DNA of 64,000 nucleotides from Lachnospiraceae bacterium (GTDB lineage Bacteria > Bacillota > Clostridia > Lachnospirales > Lachnospiraceae). Position numbers and translations under genes: made by a program. The stretch is from assembly GCA_024694055.1 (NCBI GenBank), contig JAILKC010000071.1, positions 3,789-67,788 on the forward strand. The letters run 5' to 3'. Positions 30,491 through 41,213 of this stretch are shown here, piece by piece (position 1 is the first letter of the stretch; every line of letters begins with the position of its first letter). A model generated the notes under the pieces. That model worked only from the letters and a program-made list of their open reading frames with translations, was not told the origin of the DNA and did not search any database.

Positions 30491-30583
30491 GTTTTCTGAT
30501 GATTCACAGACATACGGATATTTGAGAATACGTTACGGGGAAGATGTCCGAGACGTATGAATATATGAGAATGGAGAGAAAGT

Positions 30584-31651
30584 ATGGCAGATATAGCGCT
30601 TATCACAGGTGTTACAGGACAGGACGGATCTTATCTTGCAGAGTTTTTGCTTGATAAGGGATATGAGGTTCATGGTCTTATCAGGAGACATAGTACTCAG
30701 AATACCGAGAGGATAGATCATATACTGGCAGGCCCGTATAACGGCACGAAGTTTTTTCTGCACTATGCGGATATGACGGATTCGAGCGGACTGATCAGAC
30801 TTGTCTCTGAGATCAAGCCTACGGAGGTATACAATCTTGCGGCTCAGTCGCATGTAGGTATATCTTTTGAGGTTCCGGAGTATACGGCGGAGGCGACAGG
30901 AGTATCGACCATAAAACTGTTGGAGGCGCTCAGACTTTACGGCGGCTCGTGCAGATATTATCAGGCATCCACATCAGAGCTTTTTGGTGGAATACCCGAG
31001 ACTGCTCCGCAGAGTGAGAAGACACCATTTTATCCCAAGAGTCCGTATGGTGCAGCAAAGCTCTATTCATACTGGATCACGGTTAATTACAGAGAATCAT
31101 ATAAGATGTTTGCCTGCAACGGTATACTCTTTAATCATGAGTCGCCCAGACGCGGAGAGAATTTCGTAACAAGAAAGATCACTTTGGCTATAGCCAATAT
31201 TCTGGCCGGCAAGCAGGAGAAGCTTTCTCTTGGTAATATGAATGCCAAGAGAGACTGGGGGTTTGCAGGTGATTATGTGGAAGGCATGTGGCTGATCTTA
31301 CAGCAGGAGAAGCCGGATGATTTCGTGTTGGCTACCAATGAGACACATACAGTCAGAGAGTTTGTTGAAGCTGCATTTGCTGAATGCGGTATCAGTATTC
31401 GCTGGGAAGGCGAAGGAATAGATGAGAAGGGAATAGACGCAGCGACCGGCAAGGTGCTGGTAGATGTTAACCCTCAGTTCTACAGACCCGCAGAGGTTGA
31501 GTTCCTTTGGGGCGACTGCACCAAGGCAGAGACTACACTTGGATGGAAGCGTAAGGTTGATTTTAAGGGGCTTGTGGCCATGATGATGGATTCGGATCTG
31601 AAGGCCATAGCCGGTGTGAGCACGCAGGACTATCGTGCAGGAAAGAGATAG
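30584..31651 (+). CDS. gmd: GDP-mannose 4,6-dehydratase
   Basis: [46 protein letters not shown] and RDWG motifs. Confidence 0.97.
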   Translation: MADIALITGVTGQDGSYLAEFLLDKGYEVHGLIRRHSTQNTERIDHILAGPYNGTKFFLHYADMTDSSGLIRLVSEIKPTEVYNLAAQSHVGISFEVPEYTAEATGVSTIKLLEALRLYGGSCRYYQASTSELFGGIPETAPQSEKTPFYPKSPYGAAKLYSYWITVNYRESYKMFACNGILFNHESPRRGENFVTRKITLAIANILAGKQEKLSLGNMNAKRDWGFAGDYVEGMWLILQQEKPDDFVLATNETHTVREFVEAAFAECGISIRWEGEGIDEKGIDAATGKVLVDVNPQFYRPAEVEFLWGDCTKAETTLGWKRKVDFKGLVAMMMDSDLKAIAGVSTQDYRAGKR

Positions 31652-31664
31652 ATCATAGAATATC

Positions 31665-33449
31665 ATGATCGAAGTATTGATAAGTTGGATATTCATAGGC
31701 TTTACCGCATATGTGACAGGTTTTTGTCTGTTGCATATTCTGTGTCGTATACTTGGAGTCGACTTTGGTATATGTAACAAAGAGATGCCTCATCTTCACG
31801 TGATGAGATCACTTTTCGGATTGTGCGGTATAAATGTATTTGCGCAGACAGTCAGTCTGTTTGGAAGAGTGGGTATGGTAGCAGATGTGCTGCTTATTGC
31901 AGTATGTCTGCTGCTTCTTTTTTTAATGCGAAAAGATCTCTTTTCAAAATTCTCAATTAAAATATGGATATATGAGCATCCGATCACCATGACGGTCTAT
32001 GCATTGCTGATCCTGCTTTTTGCATATGGGACCAGCAGAGGATACATGCATTTCGATACCAATCTGTATCATGCGCAGGCGATCAGATGGATCGAAGAAT
32101 ACGGTACAGTACCGGGGCTTGCCAATATTCAGAGCAGATTTGGATATAACAGTGCTGAGTTTGCGCTGAATGCATTATATGGATTTAAGTGGATGGTTGG
32201 AAGATCATTGCATACAACGGCGGGATATTTTGCACTCATATCATCTTTTGTGGCAGTAGGGATAAAAGATGCGTTGACCACAGAGGATGGAAAGATATGC
32301 ATAAAACCGCGCATCTCGGATTATGTTCGCCTGGGACTTATCTATTATCTGGGTATCATATACAGCGATATGGTATCGCCTGCATCAGACAATTATGCGG
32401 GAGTGCTGGTGTTTGACATAGTCATTTTTTGGCTTGATATATATAAAGCAGATACTGTGAATATGAACGCCCGTGACACTTCGGGTGATTTCAACAGGAA
32501 TTCTGACACAGATGTCACAATGATGTTAAGGGCATTCATCTGTATTCTGATCGTCTATGCCATCACCATCAAGTTGAGCCTTGCACCGTTACTGCTGTTG
32601 GCGCTTATACCGGGAATATATTGGATCCGACATCGGGATCACAGATCTGTGATCGTAAGTATATTGACTGGGCTTATTATTTCATTGCCGTATTTCATCA
32701 GAGGACATATCATATCCGGGTGGATACTGTATCCGTCTACACTTATATCCATAGGGTCTCCCGACTGGCAGTTGCCAAAGGGCATGGCACAGTATGATGC
32801 CAGAGAGATAGGAATGTGGGGGAGAGGTATAACTGACGCCACACTTTGGGACAGTACAGGATTTGTGAATTGGATTCCTAAATGGTGGAGTTCTTTGGCT
32901 GCTATGGAGAAAATATGGATGTTTACTACGGTGATTGCTTTGATCTATGTACTTACCGTGACAATCGCTTTATGGATTGCTCTACGGAAGACCGAATCAG
33001 AATCAGGATCGTATGCTGATATTCCATTGATGTGTATTGTGGCAGCAGGAACTGTTTTTTGGTTTATCAGCGCTCCGTTAATAAGATACGGATATCCTTA
33101 TCTTATAATAATGCCGCTTCTGTCTGTCGGATATTTTGCTACAACTGTTAACATACGTCGGATTATTAAGAATTTAATCTTTGCGGTTCTTGCCTTTGGA
33201 ATATGCATGGTAAAGTTTAAATATTTAACGCAGGATATATTACGAACAGCTGATTGGCAATATTATGTCAACCAACAGGACTATATCGATGGTGAGGCAT
33301 ATACTTATGAGGTAGACGGGATCACCGTGTATGTGGCCAAAGACGCAGGTCAGATAGGATATTATAAGATGCCTTCCACTGTCGAAGAGAGACATGATTT
33401 CTCTCTCAGAGGAGATGATCTTTCGGATGGATTTAAACATATTCAATAG
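31665..33449 (+). CDS. Polytopic membrane protein (LIC_10190-like, possible GT-C fold)
   Basis: DTNLYHAQAIRW...PGLAN...RFGYNS, SPASD, SGW..YP and WF.SAP..RYG motifs; many TM segments. Confidence 0.65.
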   Translation: MIEVLISWIFIGFTAYVTGFCLLHILCRILGVDFGICNKEMPHLHVMRSLFGLCGINVFAQTVSLFGRVGMVADVLLIAVCLLLLFLMRKDLFSKFSIKIWIYEHPITMTVYALLILLFAYGTSRGYMHFDTNLYHAQAIRWIEEYGTVPGLANIQSRFGYNSAEFALNALYGFKWMVGRSLHTTAGYFALISSFVAVGIKDALTTEDGKICIKPRISDYVRLGLIYYLGIIYSDMVSPASDNYAGVLVFDIVIFWLDIYKADTVNMNARDTSGDFNRNSDTDVTMMLRAFICILIVYAITIKLSLAPLLLLALIPGIYWIRHRDHRSVIVSILTGLIISLPYFIRGHIISGWILYPSTLISIGSPDWQLPKGMAQYDAREIGMWGRGITDATLWDSTGFVNWIPKWWSSLAAMEKIWMFTTVIALIYVLTVTIALWIALRKTESESGSYADIPLMCIVAAGTVFWFISAPLIRYGYPYLIIMPLLSVGYFATTVNIRRIIKNLIFAVLAFGICMVKFKYLTQDILRTADWQYYVNQQDYIDGEAYTYEVDGITVYVAKDAGQIGYYKMPSTVEERHDFSLRGDDLSDGFKHIQ

Positions 33450-33506
33450 TCAGGTCGTCTTCAATATACAATAACTAAGATTTTGATGACGTCTGCATAC
33501 TATATA

Positions 33507-33515
33507 TGGTATAAT
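33507..33515 (+). promoter_or_regulatory. Extended -10 promoter for fcl
   Basis: TG-G-TATAAT in the 137-nt intergenic gap. RBS GAGGAGG before 33587. Confidence 0.55.
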
Positions 33516-33586
33516 AATATGATTTTGGATACTTTGTGCAGGTGCAGTGATCTGCAATATGCACAGAGATAAAGAGGAGGTTCAAC

Positions 33587-34537
33587 ATGGCAAATATGTC
33601 AAAGGGAGATAAGATATATGTGGCCGGTCACAGGGGACTTGTGGGCAGTGCCATTGTCAGGTCGCTTAAGAGATCCGGATATGAGAATATAATAGGCAGA
33701 ACACATTCAGAACTTGATCTTACGGATCAGGCTGCGGTAAGAGCTTTTTTTGAAACAGAGAGGCCTGATGTGGTCGTTTTAGCGGCAGCCAAGGTAGGTG
33801 GTATCAATGCCAATCAGTCAGAACCGGCAGAATTTGCATATCAGAATATGCAGATACAGTGTAATGTCATCAAGTGCTGTCATGACTACAAGGTCAAGAA
33901 ACTTCTCTTTTTGGGCAGTACATGCATATATCCCAAGATGGCGCCTCAGCCTATTCCGGAGAGCGCTTTGCTCACAGGACCTCTTGAGATCACCAATGAA
34001 GCATATGCCATAGCCAAGATATCGGGACTTAAGATGTGCAGTTATTTTAAGCAACAGTACGGTGATGATTTCATCAGCTGTATGCCGACCAATTTGTACG
34101 GACCCTATGACAACTATGAATTGAGTGGTTCGCATGTGATGCCTGCGATGATCAGGAAGTTCCATGAGGCCAAGGTAAACGGCGCTCCGAGTGTTGAACT
34201 GTGGGGAACAGGTGCACCTTTAAGAGAGTTTCTTTATTCGGACGATATGGCTGATGCCTGTGTATATCTCCTTGAACACTATCAGGGAATGGAACATGTC
34301 AATATAGGAACAGGTAAGGAGATCACCATCAAGGGTCTGGCGGAACTTGTAAAAGATACGGTGGGCTTTGAAGGAGAGATTGTTTGGAATAGCGATATGC
34401 CTGACGGAACACCGAGAAAACTTACGGATGTGACTAAGCTCCATGAACTTGGTTGGACCCATAAGGTAGAGCTTGAAGAAGGCGTTAAGCTTGCTTATGA
34501 CTGGTTTAAAGATAACATTGACATAGCACGTAAATAA
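33587..34537 (+). CDS. fcl: GDP-L-fucose synthase
   Basis: [40 protein letters not shown] and SHV.PA motifs. Confidence 0.96.
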   Translation: MANMSKGDKIYVAGHRGLVGSAIVRSLKRSGYENIIGRTHSELDLTDQAAVRAFFETERPDVVVLAAAKVGGINANQSEPAEFAYQNMQIQCNVIKCCHDYKVKKLLFLGSTCIYPKMAPQPIPESALLTGPLEITNEAYAIAKISGLKMCSYFKQQYGDDFISCMPTNLYGPYDNYELSGSHVMPAMIRKFHEAKVNGAPSVELWGTGAPLREFLYSDDMADACVYLLEHYQGMEHVNIGTGKEITIKGLAELVKDTVGFEGEIVWNSDMPDGTPRKLTDVTKLHELGWTHKVELEEGVKLAYDWFKDNIDIARK

Positions 34538-34557
34538 CAGCGCACATATCCAGAGGT

Positions 34558-35628
34558 GTGAGCAACATGGCAGTAATGGGGATAGTATTGATAGCAGTCC
34601 TGCCGTATATGGTGGGATATATCATAAAGACTCTTATGAATAGTAAAGAGACTGGTCAGATTGAGACATATCTGACGGGTTTCTTTTTTATTTTTTTACT
34701 GCAGGGACTGTTTTTTTCTGTGGGGTATATGGTACTTAACAGACCGTTCGATATGTTGTGCAGGGATTTCAAAATTGTTTTGGGTCTGATAGTCATCGCA
34801 TTTGTGATTGTAGGAACTGTTAATCTCGTTTTGATTTTTATTAAAGGGAAAAAAGAAATTTACAGAGCGAAGCTTAAGAACGATGAATGGATTCTGTTAG
34901 GCATCATGCTCGTTATTGCCGCATTGATAGTTGCCAGGGTGTTTTGCATTACAGATTATATCAGAGACGATTACATGCTTCCGACTGTCAGAATGACAGT
35001 ATCCACGCATACGATCAATGAGTTTAATCCCATCACCGGGAGACCGTACGAACTGGGACTTATAACCTCGAGAAAGATCATCACTCTGCCGGTGTATTAT
35101 GCCTTTTTATGCTGTACATTCGGGATAGATACTTTAAATCTTCTCTATGTCATCATGACTTTGCAGACTGTGGCATGTACATACCTGTCATGCATGTTTT
35201 TCATCACACCCATACTCAAGGTCAGGAGCAGGATATACATGTTTGGGATATTTTTGGGAGCGATCATATTAAGCGGAGACTATTTCATGAACGCCATAGG
35301 AGCAAAACTTTTGTGGCGTGGCTATGCCGGCGACACGATAGTGGCTGCGGTTATTCTTCCGTATGCTTTGGCTTTGGTTGTGGGAGATTACAGGCAGGTA
35401 TTTTTGGCAGATAAAGATCAGGCTGAGTATAAGAAAGAGATAAAGAGAATAAGGATACAGAGCATATTTAAGCTGATCTTAGTCAGCATGACATCTTTAT
35501 TTATCACAAGCGTTGCCAAAGGTTTGCTGATAATAGCCATCACGGTAGTCCTTGCACTTGTATGTTATATTGTAGCGATACGTAAACAAATGGGAGTCGA
35601 CGACGGCTCGCTGTTTTTAGGAGAATGA
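34558..35628 (+). CDS. Membrane protein (DUF6077-like)
   Basis: DD..L, NPITG.P and LLW.GY.G motifs; multiple TM helices. GTG start after GAGG. Confidence 0.6.
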   Translation: MSNMAVMGIVLIAVLPYMVGYIIKTLMNSKETGQIETYLTGFFFIFLLQGLFFSVGYMVLNRPFDMLCRDFKIVLGLIVIAFVIVGTVNLVLIFIKGKKEIYRAKLKNDEWILLGIMLVIAALIVARVFCITDYIRDDYMLPTVRMTVSTHTINEFNPITGRPYELGLITSRKIITLPVYYAFLCCTFGIDTLNLLYVIMTLQTVACTYLSCMFFITPILKVRSRIYMFGIFLGAIILSGDYFMNAIGAKLLWRGYAGDTIVAAVILPYALALVVGDYRQVFLADKDQAEYKKEIKRIRIQSIFKLILVSMTSLFITSVAKGLLIIAITVVLALVCYIVAIRKQMGVDDGSLFLGE

Positions 35629-35631
35629 CCT

Positions 35632-36405
35632 ATGGCTGCTGTAGCGGGTACAATGTATTCATTTTTTCAAAACAGCAAGATGGAAGGGGCATACATGCTG
35701 CTTTTTGCCCTGAGCCTTGTTATTCTTTATACGATGGGCAGAGACAGAGAAAAAACAATGGTTCTGTATTCTGTGTTGCTCCTTGCGACAGTTATATTTA
35801 ATCCTCTTACAGTGTGGATACTGTCGCTCATATTCCCTGCGGCCGGTGACTTTAAGCCGATCGTGGGTCTCATTCCGGTACTTGTATGTGTTCCATACGG
35901 CATAACCATACTTGTATATAATATCAAGAATTCCAGAGTCAGAAAAGTAGTATGCGGACTGTTGCTTCTGTATGTAGCGATATGCGGCAATTTCTTCGGA
36001 ATGTTCGGAGGCAATACAAGTACTGCCCGCAATCTTTACGATCCGGAGAAACAGAAGATAGTGGATTATTTAAGTGGATCCGATTCCGAACTAGTACTTG
36101 CGGATGATGGGATACTGCCTTTCATAACAGCGTATGGAGGGGGAGTACCTCTTATATACGGTGAAGATATCATGCTGTTTGACGGTGATCTTGGCATAAT
36201 GGACCGTTATGATAATGAAGCCATAGAATTGCATAATCTTATGTGGGAGCCGCAGAAGAATATGGATGAGATAGCTGATATGGCTTACGAACAGGGATGT
36301 GATATAATAGTGGCTAAGAGATATGCCGAATCAGAGTATGTTGCAGGGCACTATAAGGCCGATATTGCGACGAATGATTATATAGTCTACAGGATTGGAG
36401 ATTAG
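35632..36405 (+). CDS. Hypothetical membrane protein
   Basis: Four N-terminal TM helices (FNPL motif) and a soluble C-terminal domain. Operonic spacing, RBS AGGAG. Confidence 0.7.
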   Translation: MAAVAGTMYSFFQNSKMEGAYMLLFALSLVILYTMGRDREKTMVLYSVLLLATVIFNPLTVWILSLIFPAAGDFKPIVGLIPVLVCVPYGITILVYNIKNSRVRKVVCGLLLLYVAICGNFFGMFGGNTSTARNLYDPEKQKIVDYLSGSDSELVLADDGILPFITAYGGGVPLIYGEDIMLFDGDLGIMDRYDNEAIELHNLMWEPQKNMDEIADMAYEQGCDIIVAKRYAESEYVAGHYKADIATNDYIVYRIGD

Positions 36406-37342
36406 TGTGGATAAGAGATTACTCAGTGTCATAGTTCCGTGCTTCAATGAAGAAGCCAATATAGCGTATTTTTATGATGAACTTATGAAAAATGAACAGT
36501 TCTTTGAATCCAAGGATCTTGAACTGGAACTCATATATGTTGACGACGGATCGAAGGATCAGACGGTCGGTGAAGTAAAGAAGCTGCGAGATAAGGATGA
36601 AAGAGTAAGGCTTGTATCTTTTTCCCGTAATTTCGGCAAAGAGGCGGCTATTTATGCCGGTTTTGTCAAAGCCAAGGGTGACTATGCAGTCATAATGGAT
36701 GCGGATTTGCAGGACCCGCCGTCACTTTTGCCCGAGATGTTCGGATATATTGAAGAAGGATATGATTCGGTAGCGACGAGAAGAGTGAGCCGTAAGGGCG
36801 AACCGCCTATCAGAAGCTTTTTTGCGAGACGTTTCTACAGACTTATGAATAAGATCTCGCATGCGGATATCGTGGACGGAGCCAGAGATTACAGGCTTAT
36901 GACCAGACAGGTGGTGGACGCGATACTTTCACTCGGCGAGTATAACAGATTCAGTAAGGGTATATTCGGTTGGGTAGGTTTTAACACCAAATGGATAGAA
37001 TATGAGAACATTGAGCGCCTTAAGGGCGAGACCAAGTGGAATTTCTGGGGGCTGTTTTTGTATTCGCTTGAGGGTATAGTGGCTTTTTCTACCATGCCCC
37101 TTGCCCTTGCTTCGATACTAGGAGTGGTATTTTGCTTCATGGCCTTTATACTCATCCTTTTTATTCTGATCAGGTCACTGTTTTGGCATGATCCGACACC
37201 CGGCTGGCAGTCGTTAACATGTATTATTTCGCTCGTCAGCGGTGTGCAGCTTTTATGCCTTGGAATAGTAGGACAGTATCTGTCCAAGACGTATATGGAA
37301 GTCAAGAACAGACCCAAGTATCTGATTAAGGAAGAGATATGA
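36395..37342 (+). CDS. GT2 polyprenol-phosphate glycosyltransferase (GtrB/YkcC/CsbB-like)
   Basis: VPCFNEE, VDDGSKD, FSRNFGKEAA and MDADLQDPP motifs, two C-terminal TMs and EVKNRP.Y. Confidence 0.93.
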   Translation: MEISVDKRLLSVIVPCFNEEANIAYFYDELMKNEQFFESKDLELELIYVDDGSKDQTVGEVKKLRDKDERVRLVSFSRNFGKEAAIYAGFVKAKGDYAVIMDADLQDPPSLLPEMFGYIEEGYDSVATRRVSRKGEPPIRSFFARRFYRLMNKISHADIVDGARDYRLMTRQVVDAILSLGEYNRFSKGIFGWVGFNTKWIEYENIERLKGETKWNFWGLFLYSLEGIVAFSTMPLALASILGVVFCFMAFILILFILIRSLFWHDPTPGWQSLTCIISLVSGVQLLCLGIVGQYLSKTYMEVKNRPKYLIKEEI

Positions 37343-38097
37343 AGATATCAATCGTCACGCCGGTATATAATGCCATCGGTTTCATAGATGCTACGATAGA
37401 TATGGTCCTTAAGCAGGATTATGAAGATTGGGAATGGATCCTCGTGGAAGACGGATCCGGTGACGGTACCAGGCAGCATCTGGAAAAAATGATCGCTTCA
37501 GGATTACCGGACAGCCGTATACGCATTATCTTCGCGGATGATAATGAGCACGGGGCAGCAGGAGCACGCAATATAGGTATTGATGCAGCCGAGGGAAGAT
37601 ATATCGCCTTTTTGGATGCGGATGATATATGGCATAAGGACAAACTGTCAACACAGCTTACATTTATGGAAGAAGAAGATGCGGCATTTTCATTTACTTC
37701 TTATGAATTTGGAGACAGTGATGCCGTGGGCACCGGAAGATTCGTGAGGGTTCCTGACAGTCTAAGCTACAGACAGGCTCTGTCGCGGACGGTGATCTTT
37801 ACCAGTACGGTTATGATAGACACCGAGAAGATTGATAAGAAACTCATACACATGCCATATATAGCAAGTGAAGACACTGCGACATGGTGGAATGTATTAC
37901 GCACAGGTATATGTGCCAGGGGGATAGACAGATCTCTATCCATATACAGAAGGCCGGCCAAGTCTCTTTCCAGCAACAAATTACTGGCTGTCAGGCGTAT
38001 ATGGAATCTGTACAGAACACACGAAGGATTGGGAGTAATTAGTTCTGCTTACTATTTTGTCGGATGGGCAGTAAGAGCCACGATAAGAAGGATATGA
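37339..38097 (+). CDS. Glycosyltransferase family 2 (TuaG-like)
   Basis: TPVYN, EDGS.D, GAAGARN, FLDADD.W..KL, ED.A.W and SLSSNK motifs. Confidence 0.92.
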   Translation: MKISIVTPVYNAIGFIDATIDMVLKQDYEDWEWILVEDGSGDGTRQHLEKMIASGLPDSRIRIIFADDNEHGAAGARNIGIDAAEGRYIAFLDADDIWHKDKLSTQLTFMEEEDAAFSFTSYEFGDSDAVGTGRFVRVPDSLSYRQALSRTVIFTSTVMIDTEKIDKKLIHMPYIASEDTATWWNVLRTGICARGIDRSLSIYRRPAKSLSSNKLLAVRRIWNLYRTHEGLGVISSAYYFVGWAVRATIRRI

Positions 38098-38106
38098 TCA
38101 TCATTC

Positions 38107-39501
38107 ATGAACACTAAAGAAACCGTTAAAAGAACCGTTATACTGCTTTGGAGCATACTTGGCGTGGCCATACTCACGGCCATTTATGCATATGTGTGGA
38201 CCATGCTCATTCACGGACGTCTGGTATGGCATGTTAAACTGTATTTTAAAGGACACCTGCTCATGGTGTTCGTGTACTTTGTGCTCCTGTTTTTCTTTGA
38301 CAGCACTTTCGGAGGACTTAAGATCGGGTATCTTAAGCCTTGGGATGTGTTCTTCTCCAATGTATTTGCCATTGTTATAGTCGATGTTGTCAGTTATCTT
38401 CAGATATCACTTATGGAGATCAGACTGTTCAGAGGCGATGTGATGTTATTCATGGCGCTTGTACAGGTCGCCTTTGCAGGTGCATGGGTGTATCTGGGAG
38501 GAAGACTGTATCACCTGTTTTTCCCGCCGAGGAGACTGCTGCTTATATATGGCGATCATCCGATAGACGATATACGGGATAAGTTTGCAACGCGCAAGGA
38601 TAAATACCGTATAGAGAAGCTTATGTACATGGGCGAGGATGAGGAAATCCTATACTCGCAGATGAACAGTAAAGATTATGATGGTGTGGTATTGTGGGAC
38701 GTACCTGCCCAGACGCGTAATCGTATGCTTAAGTATATGTACGCACGTAACATCCGTGTATATATGATGCCCAAGATATCGGACGTGATCATCAAGGGGT
38801 CAGATCCGCTTCATCTTTTTGATACGCCAATATTCCTTACCAGAGAGTACAATCTCAAGGTAGAACAGCGATTTGCCAAGAGACTGATAGATATAGTATT
38901 TGCCCTGATTCTGTCGATCATCACTTCTCCCATCATGCTGATCACGGCAATAGCCATCAAGATATGTGACAGAGGACCGGTACTTTATAAGCAGATCAGA
39001 TGTACCGAAGGAGGCAGGGAATTTAAGATCATCAAGTTCAGATCCATGAGAGTGGACGCTGAGAAAGATGGGATTGCCAGACTTGCGACCAAGGGAGATG
39101 ATCGCATCACACCTGTCGGACATTTTATACGAGCGGTGCGCATTGATGAACTCCCGCAGCTTTTCAATATTCTTAAGGGAGATATGTCATTTATAGGTCC
39201 CAGACCGGAAAGACCTGACATAATAAAAGAATACATGGAAGAGATGCCTGAGTTTGCGTTCAGAATGAGGGTCAAGGCCGGACTTGCCGGATATGCGCAG
39301 GTATATGGCAAATACAATACCACACCATATGATAAGCTCAAATTGGACTTAAGCTATATAGAGAATTACAGTGTATGGATGGATATCAAACTTATGATAC
39401 TGACTCTTAAGATACTGTTCAGCCCTGAGGCTACGGAAGGCGTGGAAAGCGGGCAGACAACAGCGGCAAAGGAGACAGTTGATAAAAACAGTAAGCCATA
39501 G
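38107..39501 (+). CDS. Priming polyprenyl glycosylphosphotransferase (CpsE/WcaJ-like sugar transferase)
   Basis: KRLIDI, KFRSM..DAE, IDELPQLFNILKGDMS.IGPRPERP and GLAGYAQV motifs. Confidence 0.95.
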   Translation: MNTKETVKRTVILLWSILGVAILTAIYAYVWTMLIHGRLVWHVKLYFKGHLLMVFVYFVLLFFFDSTFGGLKIGYLKPWDVFFSNVFAIVIVDVVSYLQISLMEIRLFRGDVMLFMALVQVAFAGAWVYLGGRLYHLFFPPRRLLLIYGDHPIDDIRDKFATRKDKYRIEKLMYMGEDEEILYSQMNSKDYDGVVLWDVPAQTRNRMLKYMYARNIRVYMMPKISDVIIKGSDPLHLFDTPIFLTREYNLKVEQRFAKRLIDIVFALILSIITSPIMLITAIAIKICDRGPVLYKQIRCTEGGREFKIIKFRSMRVDAEKDGIARLATKGDDRITPVGHFIRAVRIDELPQLFNILKGDMSFIGPRPERPDIIKEYMEEMPEFAFRMRVKAGLAGYAQVYGKYNTTPYDKLKLDLSYIENYSVWMDIKLMILTLKILFSPEATEGVESGQTTAAKETVDKNSKP

Positions 39502-39511
39502 GAGGTAGATT

Positions 39512-40435
39512 ATGTCAACCTACAATCCGGGGGAACACGGCATAGATCTGAAAAGACTGTACAAACAGATAATACATAAGATATGGATAATAATAGCAGC
39601 GACAGTAATCGGTGCTATTATTGGCATCTTGGGATATATGCTGTACAGTCATATAGTCGGTGGAGATACGGTATACAGGATCAGCAATGACTATTATATT
39701 ACACTCAATTATGACGAATATCCCAACGGAGTGGATTACTATAATGCCTATACGTGGGACAGCATATTAAGGGATGACCCCATAGTCGAGTACGCGCTTA
39801 CTCTTATTCCGGGAGTGGAGAAACAACAGATACTTGATTCTGTGACCGGGGAGATACTCGGAGATTACAGACTTTTAACCGTGCATGTTACCGGAACGGA
39901 TGAAAACCTTGTAAGGGAGATATCCGATGCATACAAGCAGGCACTTCCGCATTTTGCGACAGATATAGATATGATATCGCATATAGATGTGTGGACTGAT
40001 GCGGATATGACTGTGTATGATGCATATACAAGGGACGGTAATGCGGGCTTTTTGGGCGCATTGGTTTGCTTTATCATTTCAGTGTTTGTTATCGCGTTAT
40101 ATTATGCGATAGATGACGGTATCTATACGGAGAGGGACTGGGCCGGCAGATATCCGGACATTCCTTTCTTCGGATACGAGGGATCCGATGAAGCTTCGGT
40201 TAATATCGGACACATAATAGGCAGCGAAGAGGGATACAGGATACTTTCCGTGTCAGATCTTAAGTTTGATGTGAATACATTTGATGAGATGAGAACCTCA
40301 AAGGGCGTCATACTAAGTGTCGTAGAGGGAAAAGACAAGGGAGATATCATAGATAAAGCGGTATATACCCTGCGCAAACAGGATATTAATGTTGCGGGAG
40401 TACTTATGCAGAAAAAGTCTGTAATGGAGGAATAA
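39512..40435 (+). CDS. Polysaccharide co-polymerase / chain-length determinant (CpsC/Wzz-like) with a short CpsD-like tail
   Basis: IDLK.L...I..K.WII TM1, an extracellular loop, TM2 followed by DD.IY, and the tail GVIL.V..G.....I..AV..L......VAGVL. Confidence 0.75.
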   Translation: MSTYNPGEHGIDLKRLYKQIIHKIWIIIAATVIGAIIGILGYMLYSHIVGGDTVYRISNDYYITLNYDEYPNGVDYYNAYTWDSILRDDPIVEYALTLIPGVEKQQILDSVTGEILGDYRLLTVHVTGTDENLVREISDAYKQALPHFATDIDMISHIDVWTDADMTVYDAYTRDGNAGFLGALVCFIISVFVIALYYAIDDGIYTERDWAGRYPDIPFFGYEGSDEASVNIGHIIGSEEGYRILSVSDLKFDVNTFDEMRTSKGVILSVVEGKDKGDIIDKAVYTLRKQDINVAGVLMQKKSVMEE

Positions 40436-40436
40436 T

Positions 40437-41210
40437 ATGACACTGCAGACACTTGTGTCAGGTGTAGAACTTAATACAGCGACTGTGGCGTCAGATATGA
40501 AGCTTGACAGTGATGCCATTGTGATCAATCAGACTGATCATTTCGGATATGATGAATACAAATACAATAATCATAAGATATGCTGCTACAGCTTTAAGGA
40601 GAGAGGAGTCGGCTTAAGCCGTAATAATGCCCTGCTTCGAGCAGACTCAGATCTCATTCTTTTTTCTGATGAAGACATAGTATATGATGAAGGGTATGCG
40701 TCCAGGATATGTGCCGCATATGAGCAGTATCCGGATGCAGACATGATACTTGTCAATATCAGGGTTGCTCCTGACAGAGCGACATATTGTATCAGAAAGC
40801 CCATGCGTGTTCATCTGTGGAATTGTGGCAGATACGCCACGTACAGTTTTTCATGCAAAAGAGAGAGCATTCACAAAGCCAATATCACATTTCATCTTCT
40901 GTTTGGAGGCGGAGCAAGATACAGCAACGGAGAAGACAGTTTGTTTATAGAAGAGTGTCTTAAAAAAGGGCTTAAGATATATGCTCTTCCCATAGAGATC
41001 GGTGAAGAGAAACCAAGACCCAGCACGTGGTTTACAGGATATAATGAGAAATACTTCTATGACAGGGGTGTGTTGTATAAGTACCTGTACAGAAGGATGG
41101 CTGTACCTATGTGTATGGTATATGTATTCAGAAAACGTAAGTGGATGCTTACGGAACTTTCTTTTAAACAGGCATTGTCGCTTATGCTTAAAGGAGTAAA
41201 AGAGGCATAG
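40437..41210 (+). CDS. Glycosyltransferase family 2 / GT-A
   Basis: ERGVGLSRN.AL, FSDED and FGGGA.YS.GEDS motifs. Confidence 0.88.
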   Translation: MTLQTLVSGVELNTATVASDMKLDSDAIVINQTDHFGYDEYKYNNHKICCYSFKERGVGLSRNNALLRADSDLILFSDEDIVYDEGYASRICAAYEQYPDADMILVNIRVAPDRATYCIRKPMRVHLWNCGRYATYSFSCKRESIHKANITFHLLFGGGARYSNGEDSLFIEECLKKGLKIYALPIEIGEEKPRPSTWFTGYNEKYFYDRGVLYKYLYRRMAVPMCMVYVFRKRKWMLTELSFKQALSLMLKGVKEA

Positions 41211-41213
41211 TAT

